Part shown: positions 48,555-62,065 of the stretch, in pieces
How positions within the stretch are numbered: the first letter of the stretch is position 1
How the letters are laid out: each line of letters starts with the position of its first letter
Assembly: GCF_036971445.1 (NCBI RefSeq)
Contig: NC_091472.1
Location: 168,640,264 to 168,704,000 of the forward strand
Source of the DNA: Narcine bancroftii
Taxonomy: Eukaryota
Direction: 5' to 3'
Length of the DNA stretch: 63,737 bases
Notes under the pieces: model-generated
What the model was told of the DNA's origin: nothing
The model's database searches: none
Seen by the model: the letters and a program-made list of their open reading frames with translations, nothing else
Program-made: the position numbers and the translations under genes

Positions 48555-50743
48555 TGACAACAGTCAAGTCACCTTTATTTATCATTCATACCATAACTGC
48601 TAATGCAATGCTTAGTAAAAACAAGATGGCATTTCTCCAGGACCATGGAGCAAATTTACATAAATAAGAGTTAAATAGTAAAGCATAATGCAATAAAAAT
48701 CCATGATACATGCATGTTCTAAGAATTGAGGAGACTGATGGCTTGTGGGCTAAAACTGTTTCATAATTTGGACGTGTGGGCCTGAATGCTATGGTACCTC
48801 CTTCCAGATGCTAGAAGGGAGGAAAGTTTACAAGAGGGGTGTGAAAAGTACTTTACAATGTTATTTTCCCTACTGCATGCATTGTGTATTGTAGATGTCC
48901 GTCATGGTTGGAAGCAAGACCCCAATAATCTTCTCCGCTGACTTTACCATCCCCTGCAGGGTCTTACAGTCTGAGATGGTACAGTTTCCAAACCACGCGG
49001 TGATGAAATTACTCAGAATACTCTTGATACATCCTCTGCAGAAGGTAGTGAGGGTGGAGGATGGGAGATGAACTTTCCTCAGCCTTCACAGGAAATAAAG
49101 GCACTGCTGGGCTTTCTTGGCTACGGAGCTGGAGTTGAGTGACCAGGTGAGATTCTCCACAAAGAGTATACCAAGAAACTTGGTACTCCTGATGACCTTA
49201 ACGTTCGAGCTGTCAGCGAGAGTGATTTCCCCCAGGCCCTCCTGAAGTTGACAACAATTTATTTTGTTTTATTAATGTTCATATGCAGTTGTTGGCTCTG
49301 CACCAGTCCGTTAGTGACTGGACCTCATCTCTGTACGCTGACTCTTCGTTCTTGCTGATAAGAGCCCACAATAGTCATGTCATCAGTGAACTTGATAATG
49401 TGGTTTGAGTTGTGTTGGGCTGCACAGTCATGAGTCGGCAGAGTGAACAGCAGTGGACTAAGCCCACAGCCCTGGGGGGGGGGGGGGGGGTGGGGCCCCA
49501 TGCTCAGTGTGATGGTCTTGGAAATGCTGTTACCGATCCAGACTACCTGAGGTCTCCCCATCAGGAAGTCGAGAATCCAATTGCAGAGGCAGGTGCCAGG
49601 CCCAGCAGGTTCAACTTCCCTACCAGGTTCTGAGGTATGATTTTACTGAATGCCAAAATGAAGTCAATAAACAACATTTGAATATATGCGTCCTTGCTTT
49701 CCAGGTGGGTGAGGGTTAGATGGGGGATGGTGGTGAAGGCATTGTCCGTAGAGCTCTAAATGGATCTATATGTGAATGGCAGGGGTCCAGAGATGAAGGC
49801 AGCAAGAGCTCGATGTGCCCCATGATGAAACTCTCAAAGCACTTCATGATGATGGACGTGAGTATGACAGGAGGATAGCCATTGAGGCAAGACACTGACA
49901 ACTTCTTCGGCACGGGGATGATGGTGGTGGCTTTGAAGCACATTAGAAACACGGCGCTGCTCAGGGAGATGTTAAAGATATCAGTGAGAACATCTACCAA
50001 CTGAGCTGCACATCCCCTGAGCACTCTGCTGGGAATGTTATCCGGACCACCAGCTTTCCATGGGTTAACTTTGCCTAACACTCTCCTCACATTGGCCACT
50101 ATAAGATACAACACTTGATCATTTGGAGGAGAGGTGGTCTTCTTCGTTGCCACATAATGTTTTTGCCTCAAATGCATGTAGAAGTTGTTTAGTGTAGTTG
50201 GGAGGGAGGCATCACCAGCACAGGCAGGTAGTGTAGTCTTGTGTTTAGTGATGTCTTGAATGCCCTTCCACATGCATCCTTGCTGTCCTGAAAGTGACTA
50301 TGAATTTGCTTGACACATGTACGTATTGCATCCCTGATGGCCTTAGACAGCTCAACTCTTGCAATAGCTAGGGCTACCTTGTCACCCATTCTGAAGGCAG
50401 AGTCTCTGCTCCTTACAAGCTCACGCTCCTCTGCAGTCATCCATGGCTTCTCATTAGAGTGAGTAATGATGGTCTTGGGCACAGTGATGGCGTCAGTACA
50501 CTTACTAATGTAGCTGGTCACTGATGCGGTATACTCTTCTAAGTTGATGCAGTTGCCATTGGTTGCTGCTTCCTTGAACATTCGCCAGTCAGTATGCTTG
50601 AAGCAGCCTGAAGTGCATAGATGGCTCCTGCTGGCCAGGTTTTAACCTGCTTCAGAACTGGTCTGGAGTGTCTGATGAGTGGTCTGTATGCTGGGGTTAG
50701 CATTACAAAGATATGGTCTGAGTATCTAAGATGAGGACAGGAC

Positions 50744-51072
50744 TCACCAGGGCTTTGGTGCTTGAAAGGTAAATGGTTATCACTTAGGAAGGTTCTTGTC
50801 AGTTTTCAGAGAGAGATTTGTTGTACACTGGACACCACAACTGATTCCTTTTTAATCAGCCACTTCAGTGTCTTGCTGAAGAAACTTGCCCCTCAGGGTT
50901 CTCCAGATGATAACCTCTTTCTTTCAGGTCACCACCTTTTTGTTTCTCTTATTTCAAGTGAAACATTAAGCAGCCAGTCCTCTCCTCTTGCATGAACCAC
51001 AAGGGCCTTGACCAGGCTGAACCAAGCACTCACAATCCATATTCCAAATGGGGTTTTTCTACAAGCTTTCCA
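50744..51072 (-). repeat. Inverted internal copy of solo LTR A (47706-48025)
   Basis: Reverse complement aligns along its full length with few differences; track ORFs 47859..48161(-) and 50762..50995(+) share the same peptide. Confidence 0.9.
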
Positions 51073-51589
51073 CAACGTCTAATGTGTTCGCTTGTCTCAT
51101 AGCAAAGTCCACATACTGATGTAATTTAGGTAGCAATGACTTGAGGTTTGCCTGGTTGAAATCCCCAGCAATAATAAACAGCCCATCAGGGTGTATGGTC
51201 TGCAGTTTGCTTGGAGCCCAGTACAGTTCCCAGATCTCCTCTTTAGCATTAGCGCTGGGTGAGGGAGTGGGGGAGAGGGGGGAGGATGTACACTCCAACT
51301 ATGAGGACCATGGTAAATTCCCACGGTAGATAAAATGGTCTACATCTGACAGTCACAAATTCCACCAGTGTTGAGCAGTGTTTGGAGTCTAGTACAGAGT
51401 CCTTAATCCATTCTGTGTTGCTGTAAACACAGAAGCCACCATCATGGACTTTGCCACACAGAGCAGCATCTCTGTCAGCCTGGGAACCTGTTGCTGAGCC
51501 AAGTTTCAGCAAAGACCAAAACTCAGCAGTCCCTGTACTCATGCTTTGCGGACCTGTAGAGTCAGATGTGGTCCATTTTGTTTTCCAGG

Positions 51590-51829
51590 TGTGATAGTAC
51601 AGATTCTATCACCAAAGTGTATATGTACATATGTACAGATGGTAGTGTAGGATGACTGTGATTGGCTGAGAGTGTAGCCATACCTACTGGCAGGTCTTAA
51701 AGGATTACTCCTAGCCAGACCAGGTCATTCTGGACTGGTCAACCCTACTTGTGATATGCTCCAGTCTTTTAGTTAATAAAATCCTTGGTTTGGATCAACA
51801 AGTCTTTGGTTCTTTCAACGCGCATTACA
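51590..51829 (+). mobile_element. Solo LTR (family B variant, 240 bp)
   Basis: TGTGATAG...ATTACA termini; 5-bp TSD CCAGG (51585-51589 and 51830-51834). Confidence 0.9.
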
Positions 51830-52970
51830 CCAGGGAACAGACTTTGGCGAGCAGGATGGATGGGAGACCTGGCAGCAGGGATTCTCTGTCAGTCTAGTGC
51901 AACTCCCTGCTCAATTACTGTGCTTTATGCACTGCTTCTGTCTTCTCTGCAACCTGAGGCTCTAAGATCTAGTCCACACAGCAGCCTGTGATCGAGTAGC
52001 TTGACCCACAGATCTTCCTGGAGGTAAGTAGAGGAGTTTCTGAATATCATTAAGTACTGCCCTTTATGTGCCTTCCAGCCCCAACTTCAGGAATCAGGAG
52101 TCTTGGTTCAGTCTTCACATCTGTTGTCCAAACACAGACTTGCTTGTTACATGCAGAAATCATAACTGCCTTGTACAATGTGTCTTCAAATGTTGGAGAA
52201 CATGTTTGTCACCAACACTCAATCTAATTTCCAGGTCTTAAAGGGTCTCTGATGAGCAAATGACAGAATTGAGGAGTCTCAATGAAAGGTCTTGACCTGA
52301 AATGCTGTCTCTCCATTTCCTTTCACAGATGCTACCTGACTAGCTGAGTCCCTCCAGCAACTCGACGTTCGTGTATGTAACGAGTCGATTTACACATGAT
52401 ATGAATCTGAAATTTACAAGTTTAAATGCGGATAGAAGTTTTGTCCACGGGGACGGGTGAATGCAGTCAGGCATTATTGCCGTAGTCTCACTGCCACTGG
52501 TTTCGGTGGTATTAACATCTTTTTTGTCTCTGCCCCTATTCCTCATGCATAACAAAGACAGTGTGTTGATTTTCTCACTGATAGGAGATCTGCCTTTGCC
52601 ACCAAATTAAGTGAAAGTGAGAAGAACAAGTGTTAAGATAACACATATCAGGGGCGATGAGGTGAGATATATTATCAAATGTGTTATGTTATTCTTTTGC
52701 TTATAAACATTTTAAAATGTGGGTGAAGAAATGCTTCATCAGAAGGCTATTAATAATTAAAGTACCTCCATGGGCAGGTCACAAAGTCCTTCCTAACTGT
52801 GTGAAAGGATGGCAATTTTAGATGGCATACAGGCTTAAGATTTGAGTGTGAGTTTATTGTCATATACAAAAATGCAATGTAATTGCTTAAAATTCTTTCT
52901 TGCTTCAGTTAAAGAGGTACAGAAATGACGACTGCAAATATTAAATTTACCCAGTACAGAAATATAAAGT

Positions 52971-53211
52971 TGTAGAGCTCGTCGAAAGAATCAAAGACTT
53001 GTTGATCCAAACCAAGGCTTTTATAAGCAAAAGACAGGAGCTCTTCACAGGTGGCCGACCAGTCCGGAATGATCCAACCTGGCTAGGGACACCAACCCTT
53101 TAAGGCCCAGACAGTAGGCGTGGCTTAGCTCTCAGCCAATCGCTGTAAGCACAGTCTAGATACTGTAACTATATACACTATATACATTGGTGATAGATCT
53201 GTACTATCACA
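52971..53211 (-). mobile_element. Solo LTR (family B, 241 bp) nested in a Rex-like 3' fragment (~52840-53560)
   Basis: Reverse complement of 48248-48487 with few differences; 5-bp TSD AAAGT (52966-52970 and 53212-53216). Confidence 0.9.
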
Positions 53212-54706
53212 AAAGTACAGACTGATTAAATAAATATTCGGAGTTACATTTAATGCAAGAAAAAAGCGGTGCTTCGAAAAGACAGAGAATGGTGGTTCTG
53301 GAGTATATGATTAGGGTATAGGGAGAGGTTCAAAACCCTGATAGTTGTTGGATAATAACTTTTTGAACCTAGAGGTGCTGGACTTCAGGCCTCTGTACCT
53401 TTATCCTGAAACTAGCAGCAAGAAGAGCAGGTTGATGGATGCTGCCTTTTTGAGGCAGTGGCTCACATCAATGTCTTCAATGGGAGGGAGGGGAGAGCCT
53501 GTGAGGTCCTCAATGGATGGGAGAGCAGATCCCGTGTTTGCTTTTTCAGCAGCTTCCTTTTAGTTATTTGTCTGTTCGTGGACAGCAATTGTAGGAATCT
53601 GATTTGAGATCAACCTGCTCAAACCAGAGGAATCTCCCTCATTGGCAAAGCTTTCTAAGTATGAGGTTCCAGCATTGAAATTCATTTCTTGATGGGTCGA
53701 TTATACCTCACTCTGTCTTCACTGCGCAGTGAAACCTTGTGTTCCTTTATGAAGTGTGAAGACACAATCCTAATGTAAGGGTTTGAATTTGAATCAACAG
53801 CAATTCCCTTTCCTTCAGACGATACATTAATTTCCTCCAGCTGTTTATCTTTATTCCTTTATGAAAGATATTAAATTGTCCATATTTCTCATGAGACTAT
53901 AAAGATATATTTAGAGGCATGAATTAATTAATAATCAGCAAGTTAGATGAAGAATCACACTTCATTCATGTTTTCAAGCTACTTTTTGTTCAGTCAGTTG
54001 GGCAACCTGAACAACAATGCTTTACAAACTTTGACTTGTACATGACCTGTTGCATATCCCTCATAGCAACTCGAACAATGAACCAGATGCTACAATGGAG
54101 TCAGACACTCAAATGGTGGAACTGATAAAGAAGTGCAAGTGCTCCACATTGCAATATTTCAAGGATGTGAACCACATCTTGAAATACCTCCGTTAACTTT
54201 ATGCATCTATTTGGATAAAAGGTGTAATGAAGATAGGAGGCAAAATGTAGATCACTTAACTAACTGCACCTTTGTGAAACATCCCTGCATTCAACAATGT
54301 ACTCAGTTTTTCCATTAGTGTTGCAATACTTGATTGTTAGTTTGAAGACATTAGAACTGAAATATGTAATATTTCACAGGCAAACTCCCTTATAACAATT
54401 TATAACTTTCATTATTTGAATTCCATCCAACATTTTGACAACTGAATACATACAGCAAAAATGATCTGCCCTTACTTCTCTTACAATTTCAGTTTTGTTA
54501 TGATGTTTGTGCTATTGGCTATAGGTCTAAGTTCCACCTCATCGTCTAACCCAGATTAGTACTTTCCTACTGAGTGTGCAGTTAAAGCTGCATGGTAAGT
54601 TCTCAAACATTAATCTGCTGCAAAGAATTGCTGGATGTACGCAGCAGATCAGGTGGCATCATGGGTAGAAATGGTCAGTCAACGTTTCAGGTCTGAACCC
54701 TTTATC

Positions 54707-57700
54707 TTTTTTTTAAATATTTTATTTAAACTTTTCAACCATGTAATTATACAATTTATATAAGCAATAATTAAAATACAGAGATTACACAGTATTTAAC
54801 CCCCTTTCCCATCCCCCTAACCACAACCCCCCCACTATATGGAATAGATAAGACAGTAAATATATTATATAATTGATGAAGAAAAAACAAAGTAAAGAAA
54901 ATGAAGTGTTCCAGATAGCACAGAGGATTGGCACACACGTTGATATCATACAATGTTTATATATACATAACTTTTAGGGAAGAAGATTATTACAGGACTT
55001 AAGAGGCCAGAGATGGATTCTTTACATATTTATTCCTGACCTTTGCATATACAGGCTCCAAATCTGCATAAAATGTGAATATTTATTTCTTAAATTGTAA
55101 GTAATTTTCTCCAAAGGAATACAGCTTTGTATCTCTGAATGCCATATTTCCATTTCTAAATATATATCCGATTTCCAGCTTGCTGTAATACACTTCCTCG
55201 CCACTGCTAAAGCAATTTTATCAAATTTACTTTGATGAAGTAGTAAATTTAGTTTACTTCAATGTTCCCCAACAAAAATAAATCTGGATTTTATGGAAAA
55301 ACAATACCAGCAAATTGTCCCCAAAACATTCCCAGATCCTCCCAAAAAATTCTAACCATGTAGAATGTAAAGAAAAGAGTACCTGTTTCATTACCACATC
55401 TAAAACATAGATCTGATAAATCTGATTTCATTTTATGCAGTTTTTGAGGTGTTAAGTATAATTGATGTAGATAATTACATTGAACTAAACTATATCCAAC
55501 ATTTATAATATCAGTCTTACAGTCATGGCAAAGTTCTGCCCATCTTTTCTAAGCTATCCTATTTTTGTCTTGATATATGAACTCCCTTTTTAATGGTGCC
55601 TGATTGTCGTAAGAGGTACATTACAGAAATAAATTTCTTAATATAACCTTTCCTGATAATGGCCTCCAGCTCACTACATTTCAATAGTGCCATGGTTGAA
55701 CCTAATTTTTCCTGTAACTATCCTCTCAACTGTAAATAGCAAAAAAGTGTGTTTTGCAAAACTCCATACTTATTTCTAAATTATTGAATGACATCAATAG
55801 GCCTTGTTCAAAGCAATCCTCTACAGTTTTGATTCCATTTTTAAGCCAAATATGCATAAATTGATTATCTTTAGTAAAAGGTATAAAATTATTTTGAAAC
55901 AAAGGCATTTTAAACAAAATACTACCTTTTGATCAAATATCTTTATTCAACTTATTCCAAATATTGATCAAGTGTTTGAGCAAAGGTATTTCCTTTGGAC
56001 CGGTGTTTAATTTTGAGTCTGATTTATAAATAAATTCTTCAGCTAAATTCTCTCCATTTTTATCCAGTTCTATTTTAACGCATACCATTTTTCTCAGTCC
56101 CTCAAATAAAGAGGTTGTAAATATCAATTGAGCCACCTGGTAATAATTCTTGATATTAGGGAGTTGTAAACCTCCCATTTCATATTTCCACATTAATTTT
56201 TTATATAGATACCCTTGACATCTTTCCTTTCCAGAGAAACTTCATAATATATTTAATTTTTGAATTTTTTTTGTGGTAACAATATTGGCAAAGTTTGGAA
56301 AAAGGTATTTATCAGTGGAAAAATTCATCTTAATGCAAGTTGCTCCATCTACAAATGTTATAGGGAAGGTGACCCATTAAAATAAATCCTCTTCAACCTT
56401 TTTAAGCAATAGTAAATAATTTTATTTATACAAATTATTTGAATCCTTAACTATCCGTATTTCCAAATATTTAATCGCTTATTTTGGCCATTTAAATTGA
56501 GTATTCCTTCGTCAGAGATTGTAAACACCATGAGTAAGAGGCATAACTTCACTTTTGTCCCAATTTACCTTGTAAACTGAGATCTTGCCATATTCCTCCA
56601 AATTTAAGTGCAATTTATGTAAAGAGGTCTCTAGTTCAGTCAAATAAATCCAAACATCGTCTGCAAATAAACTTATTTTATACTCCTCTCCCCTTTATTT
56701 CCACATCACTCCTATTAATCTCAGCTAAAATAAATAAAGCTGGGCATAGGGGAGAGCCTTGTCTACTAGACCTCCCCAAAAAGAAAGGATTGGACATTTG
56801 TCCATTGGTATCACTTTTGGTTTAGGATTGTTAAATAATGCCCTTATCCTATTTATATAAATTTGGCAAACCCGAATTTATCCAGAACTTTAAACAAAAA
56901 GTCCCATTCTCATCTATCAAAAGCCTTTTTAGCATCTTAAGCCAATGCTAGACTCAAATCTTTTTTGTGCTGCATGTATAATATTAATTAGTCTAGCTAT
57001 ATTATCTGCCAAAAGTCTTTGTTTAACAAATCCTGTTTGATCTATATTCAATAATTTAGTAATTCTATCTGCAAAAAAATTTGGTTACTAATTTATAATA
57101 TGCATTCAATAAAGAAATTGGTCTATAAGAAGAAGGTTTTCAAGGGTCACTATCCTTTTTCGGTATCACTATAATTACTGCAATTGAAAACGTATCTGGT
57201 AAAGTATGGGTTCTAGAGGCTTGATCCAGCATTTTCCATAAAAATAAGTATCAATTCCTCTTTAAATTCCTTATAAAACTCAGGTGGAAAAATGTCTTTG
57301 CCTGGTGATTTATTGCTTTATAGTGAACTTAATGCTTGTTTTGCCCCTAATCCAAGAATTGTGCACTTAATTCTGTCTGCTCTTCCAAATATAAAGTGGA
57401 TAAATTCATATTCGCTAAATGCCAATCTACTTTATCATCATCTTTTAAGGATTCTGAACTATACAAATTTGCATAAATGTTCTTAAAAGTTTCATTTATT
57501 TCTTGAGGATTATGTCATAATATTAAAAATCTTTTTTAATTGCATTAATCGTTCTTAAAGCCTGTTCAGACTTCCATTGCTATTCAAGCACTTTAAGCAC
57601 TCATTCCCCTTGTTTGCAAGATCTCCATTTAGTTCTTGTAATCTTTTTTTCAGTTCTCTCAGTTTGCAAAGATCTTGGATCTTTTTGTTAATTAATTGCC

Positions 57701-60271
57701 TACATTTAACTGAAGAAGCATGCTTCTGAATATCTTTTTCTAATACTATATCTAATGTTCCAACTGTTCGACTTCTTTCATGTAATCTTTCTTAATCTTA
57801 GTTGTAAAACATAATTTGATCTCTCAAATATGCATTTAATGGATCCCAGATTACAATTTGTGCTCGACCAAGTTTAAATTTGCATCACAAAAGAACTGAA
57901 GTTGCCTTCTGATGAAGTCACAAAAATCTTTTAAATAATGTTGAATTTAATCTCCATCTGCATACTGTTTTTTTATTTATCTAACATTGTGATTGCCATT
58001 AACAAAGGCCAGTGGTCCGACAACATTCTAGCTTTGTATTCCACATCCAATATCCTACCTTGTAATTGAGCAGATATTAAGAACAAATCTATTTTGGAAT
58101 ATGAGTTCATGTCTGTTTGAATAAAAGGAATAGACTCTTTCTCTGAGATGTATTCTTCTCCATGCATCTATCAAATTCAAATCTTTCAGCAAATCCAAAG
58201 TTGCTTTTGTTGTTTTTGTTCTCATCATTCCCCTGGTAGTTCTTTCTAAAATTGGATCTAAGCAGAAATTGAAATATCATGCACTTCTGCAAAATTCAAG
58301 AGAGTATCTGAATCAATCTCTCATCATCTACATTTGGTGCATAGAAATTAAGAAATCTCCATAACTCTGAGAATATTTTGACAGTGAACTGTTATACATC
58401 TTCCCACTAAGCCTACTACTACATTCTGTATTTTAATTACTATATTCTTTTTGACCAAAATAGCTACTCCTCTTTCTCTAGAATTAAAAGTTGCTGCTAC
58501 ATATCCAACCCTATCTCTTCTTTAACTTCAAATGTCCTTTCTGTTAGATGAGTTTCCTGCAAAAAAGCTACATCAACAGCTATTTTTAAAATAGTCAAAA
58601 CTCTTTTCCTCTCATGGACTCGTTTAAACCATTAACATTATAATTTATGATTTTAAGCATCCTCGCGTTTCAATAGTCCTTCTACCTCTCCCTGTAAATC
58701 TTCCTTCTTTAATGCCATTGCAGAGAAAACCCATATACTCAACACCTCTCCTTCAGCAATCCCGATACAATAGAAGAAAGAAAAAGGTTCCAAATAAATG
58801 TGTAAAAATACATCCAATTGTTAAAAAAGTAGAAAAAAATCCCTCCCAATCGGTGTTGAGAAAAAGTAATCCAATACCATTGCCCTCTATTTTGTGGGCC
58901 ATGACCTCCTACTCTCCCCAACCTCCTGGTACTATTTCATTAAACCTTCAAATCTTACTGCAAACTATAATTAATGAAAAAAAATGAAATAACATATACC
59001 ATATGAATAACACATTTATATAGAAATAAAGAGGAAAAAATCAACATGAAGCATCTTAAGTCACTTCTCGCTATACGAACAAAACAGAAAGAACATTTCA
59101 TCAAAAGACAACCGCTGAACAATTGGGAGACTTTGGGCATACTCTTCTGCTTCCATCACATTCAGACAAAAATTTATTTCCTTCACCCGGTACAAAGATC
59201 TTCAGTGTTGCTGGGTGACATAAAACAAATCTATATCCATTTTCCCGTGAGATTTTCTTGACTGTATTGAATTCTCTTCTTCTTTTAAGTAGATCAGCAC
59301 TTACGTCAGGGTAAAATAAAACTCTCCCACCTTCATACCCAAGCAGAGCTCCAGCTGATCTAATCTTTGCTGCTACTAATGAGAGAATCTTCTATTTGTC
59401 TTGAAAAAAAAGAAATTTAACCAGTATGAACATGGACTTTGATTCGGAGGTGGCTTGGGTCTAAAAGCTCTATGTGCTCTTTCAATCTCTATAGGGCAAT
59501 CAAAATGTTTTGCTCCCAGCATTTCAGAGAGCCATTCCAAAAGAAAAGCAGACATATCTTGGTTTTCATCTCCTTCTTTAAGACCCACAATCTGGATATT
59601 ATTCCTCTGACTAAAGTTTTCTAATACATCCAATTCTTGCTGCAGCTTTTTGTTTTTCATTGTCAAAGCAGTCATGGCATCTTTTACAATAGTAACTCTA
59701 TATTTCACATGCTGTATATCTTGTACTCTCCTCATTGACTTCTTTTTTTTCTCCATCATGTTGACAGCCCCCAACACTTATTTCCCCCTTTATATTCAAC
59801 CACAGTTCATTAATGGTCATCTCTTTTCTTAGCTTTAGCAATTCTACTTTGTTTTCTCTCTTGATCTTCTTCATCATCTTCCGACTCTTGTTCAGATGCC
59901 AACGCTGATGGCCTCCGTCGTTCGTGCCTGCGCGCCACGTCATTTCTGGGTTCGTCTTCCTCGAAGCCATCTCTCAACTGTTGGGGGAGAGCAACATCGA
60001 ATGAAGAACCCTCGAAAGGGTCACTCACCCAGGGAGCTGCATGGGCACTAGCTCCCTGCTTCTGAGATCCGGTAGGCCTGGTACCTTCTTTTGTTTTGCC
60101 TTTGTGTTGGGTTCCCATAGCAGCAGCTGTAGCTTTGTCTTTTTTAGGAGGCATTGTGTAAAGTGTTATTTAAATGATAGGATGTGTTTTAAACAAGTTT
60201 TATTCCATTAATTCATTTCTTATCTGAACTTTTTTAAGGGATTTCCCAGGAGGGTTAGGATCTGCATCCCC
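54707..60271 (-). mobile_element. Full-length decayed L1 LINE (ORF1 ~59200-60154, ORF2 ~55020-58660)
   Basis: 15-bp TSD TCTGAACCCTTTATC (54692-54706 and 60272-60286) and a poly-T at the left end. ORF1 LENFSQRNNIQIVGLKEG and IEIERAHR; ORF2 YNVNGL, YSKIDLFL, LSDHWPL, SLFADD, GGLQLPN. Confidence 0.95.
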
Positions 60272-60799
60272 TCTGAACCCTTTATCAAGAGTAAAGTGAA
60301 AAGGGGTGATATTATGTTTATTAAGTGGAATACGTTTTCTTCTTTTCTCTCTTCATTTTTCTCTCAACAACGCCCCCCACCTCTAGAGGTTTCTCTGTCT
60401 TCTTGTCTTTTCACCTCTCACACCTTCTGTCCAGTAGGCATATGATGGGTTGTTCTTTAAGTTTATGTTTGGCCCAACCCTGAGGCCAACAACAAATTCC
60501 TACAATCATATATGATTCAGGAGTTGGTGGTTGGCTTTTGGAAGCTAAACATGAAAGTCGGCAGGTATTGGGGTCGAGTGCAATGAACAAATGTGCTGGA
60601 GAAACATAACAGGTCATGCAGTATCTGTAGAAAGTGAAGGGGAATCAACTTTTGAGGCCTGAGCCCACAGAGTGTAAGAGTTTGGCGAAGTGGTCACTCA
60701 ATCTGAGTTGGGTCTCACAGATGTAGAGGAGAGACCAAAATGTAAAGAGACCTCAAACTGATGAGAACAAATTTTACGTTTGTTTATACATCCACTGCA

Positions 60800-60925
60800 T
60801 TCCATGAAATGATTCCTATTTTCTCAGAATGCAGTCTGTATAAAAAGGTAGGAATGGGAATAAGGAGTCATTCCTGTTCTGAATTTTTTTCTATATCTCC
60901 TCGACCCTGAGTGAATTTCCAGGAA
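60800..60925. promoter_or_regulatory. Cluster of three STAT (GAS) motifs
   Basis: TTCCATGAA 60800-60808, TTCTCAGAA 60821-60829 and TTCCAGGAA 60917-60925. Confidence 0.4.
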
Positions 60926-61859
60926 GACTTGCAGTCTATAGTTAATTGCAGGCATCCATGAGCAACAGATGACATGCGATTCACATCACACTCGACATCT
61001 CCGCTGTACGTCCCACATACATCAGGCGTCAAGGTCGACATTGCCACAGCGACGTCGCAAGTCCTGCCTCCTTAATCACTGCACTTCCGGTATTGTGCCT
61101 AAACACGGTGTGATACGGACATTTGGAGTTTTGGTCATTCCTGTGTGAACAGCCTCTCCCAGAAGGTAGGAAGATACTTCAGAATGGAAATAAAATCATG
61201 TAAGTTCTATGTTAAAAAAAATTAGATTGGGTGACCACTTTGCTCTTTTCACTTTTGACCAATAAGGGGTCAAGACCAAAAATGTGACTGACCACTTCTA
61301 CCCACAATTTCTGTCTCTCCTGTGGAGCTCCTCCAACAATTCTTTGTTATCTCAAGATTCCAGCGTCTGCTATCTTTCTGCTTCTTTATGAATCCACTTT
61401 ACCCAAATGCTGGTATAATTTGGGTGAAGTGCAGCAGATCCCTGACATCAGTTAAATAAAACCAGGAAGCTGCACTAACCACTTTACTGGGCTCTTGCTG
61501 GGATCCCATTAGCCGAGGGTCAATTGTGATTTTCACTCAGAAGTGGAAACATCTTCTGTGGACTGTTGCAAAGTCCACTTGAAGATGGTTACAGGTGCAG
61601 TCTTCATTTGCATGTCATCAGAGCTGACGATGGCCCTGCTGAATTCTGCCTGTAGCAGAGATCCCTACTGGCTGATGTGTTGGATCTGACAGTGTATCCA
61701 TTCAAAATCAAAAATTAACATGGTATCAAGCCTTATCCATGCAGCTGACTGTGGTCCTTTCAGTCAGATGCATCCAGCCAAAGGAAGCACAGATCATTCC
61801 TCACCAATTTGTACCTGGAAATTGCAATCATGTGCTTGTAACTGATGTTGAATGTCAAA

Positions 61860-62065
61860 ACTGCATGTTTGAGTAAAAACACGCAGAAATGCAAGAGGAA
61901 CTCAGCCAGTCTTACAGAGTGCATAGGAGGTAAAGATATATTACATGCATTTCAAGCCTGAGCTCTTTACTTCTAATGGACGCTGCAAGACCGGTTGAGT
62001 TCCCCCAGAATTTCTGTGTGTTTTACTACAATCACAGTATCTGCCAACTTTCGTGTTTCACTGCA
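61860..62065. repeat. Inverted Penelope-type terminal repeat remnant (similar remnants at ~220-385, 40305-40480, 45350-45440, 46940-46990, 52270-52360, 54620-54706, 60585-60670, 61260-61385)
   Basis: GAGGAACTCAGC...GTTGAGTTCCCCCAG arms, same family as 5953-6205. Confidence 0.6.

Larger units (their letters stand above)
48565..52230 (-). mobile_element. Near full-length decayed Rex1/Babar-like LINE
   Basis: Endonuclease (IIAGDFNQANL, PHL.YSDH) and RT ([35 protein letters not shown]) pieces. Interrupted at 50744-51072 and 51590-51829. 5' end approximate. Confidence 0.9.

Noticed and set aside
60975-61155. CpG-rich patch resembling a promoter or structured RNA
   Set aside because: Its ends (GCGATTCACA...TGTGAACAGC) look like degenerate MITE TIRs; too weak to call either way.
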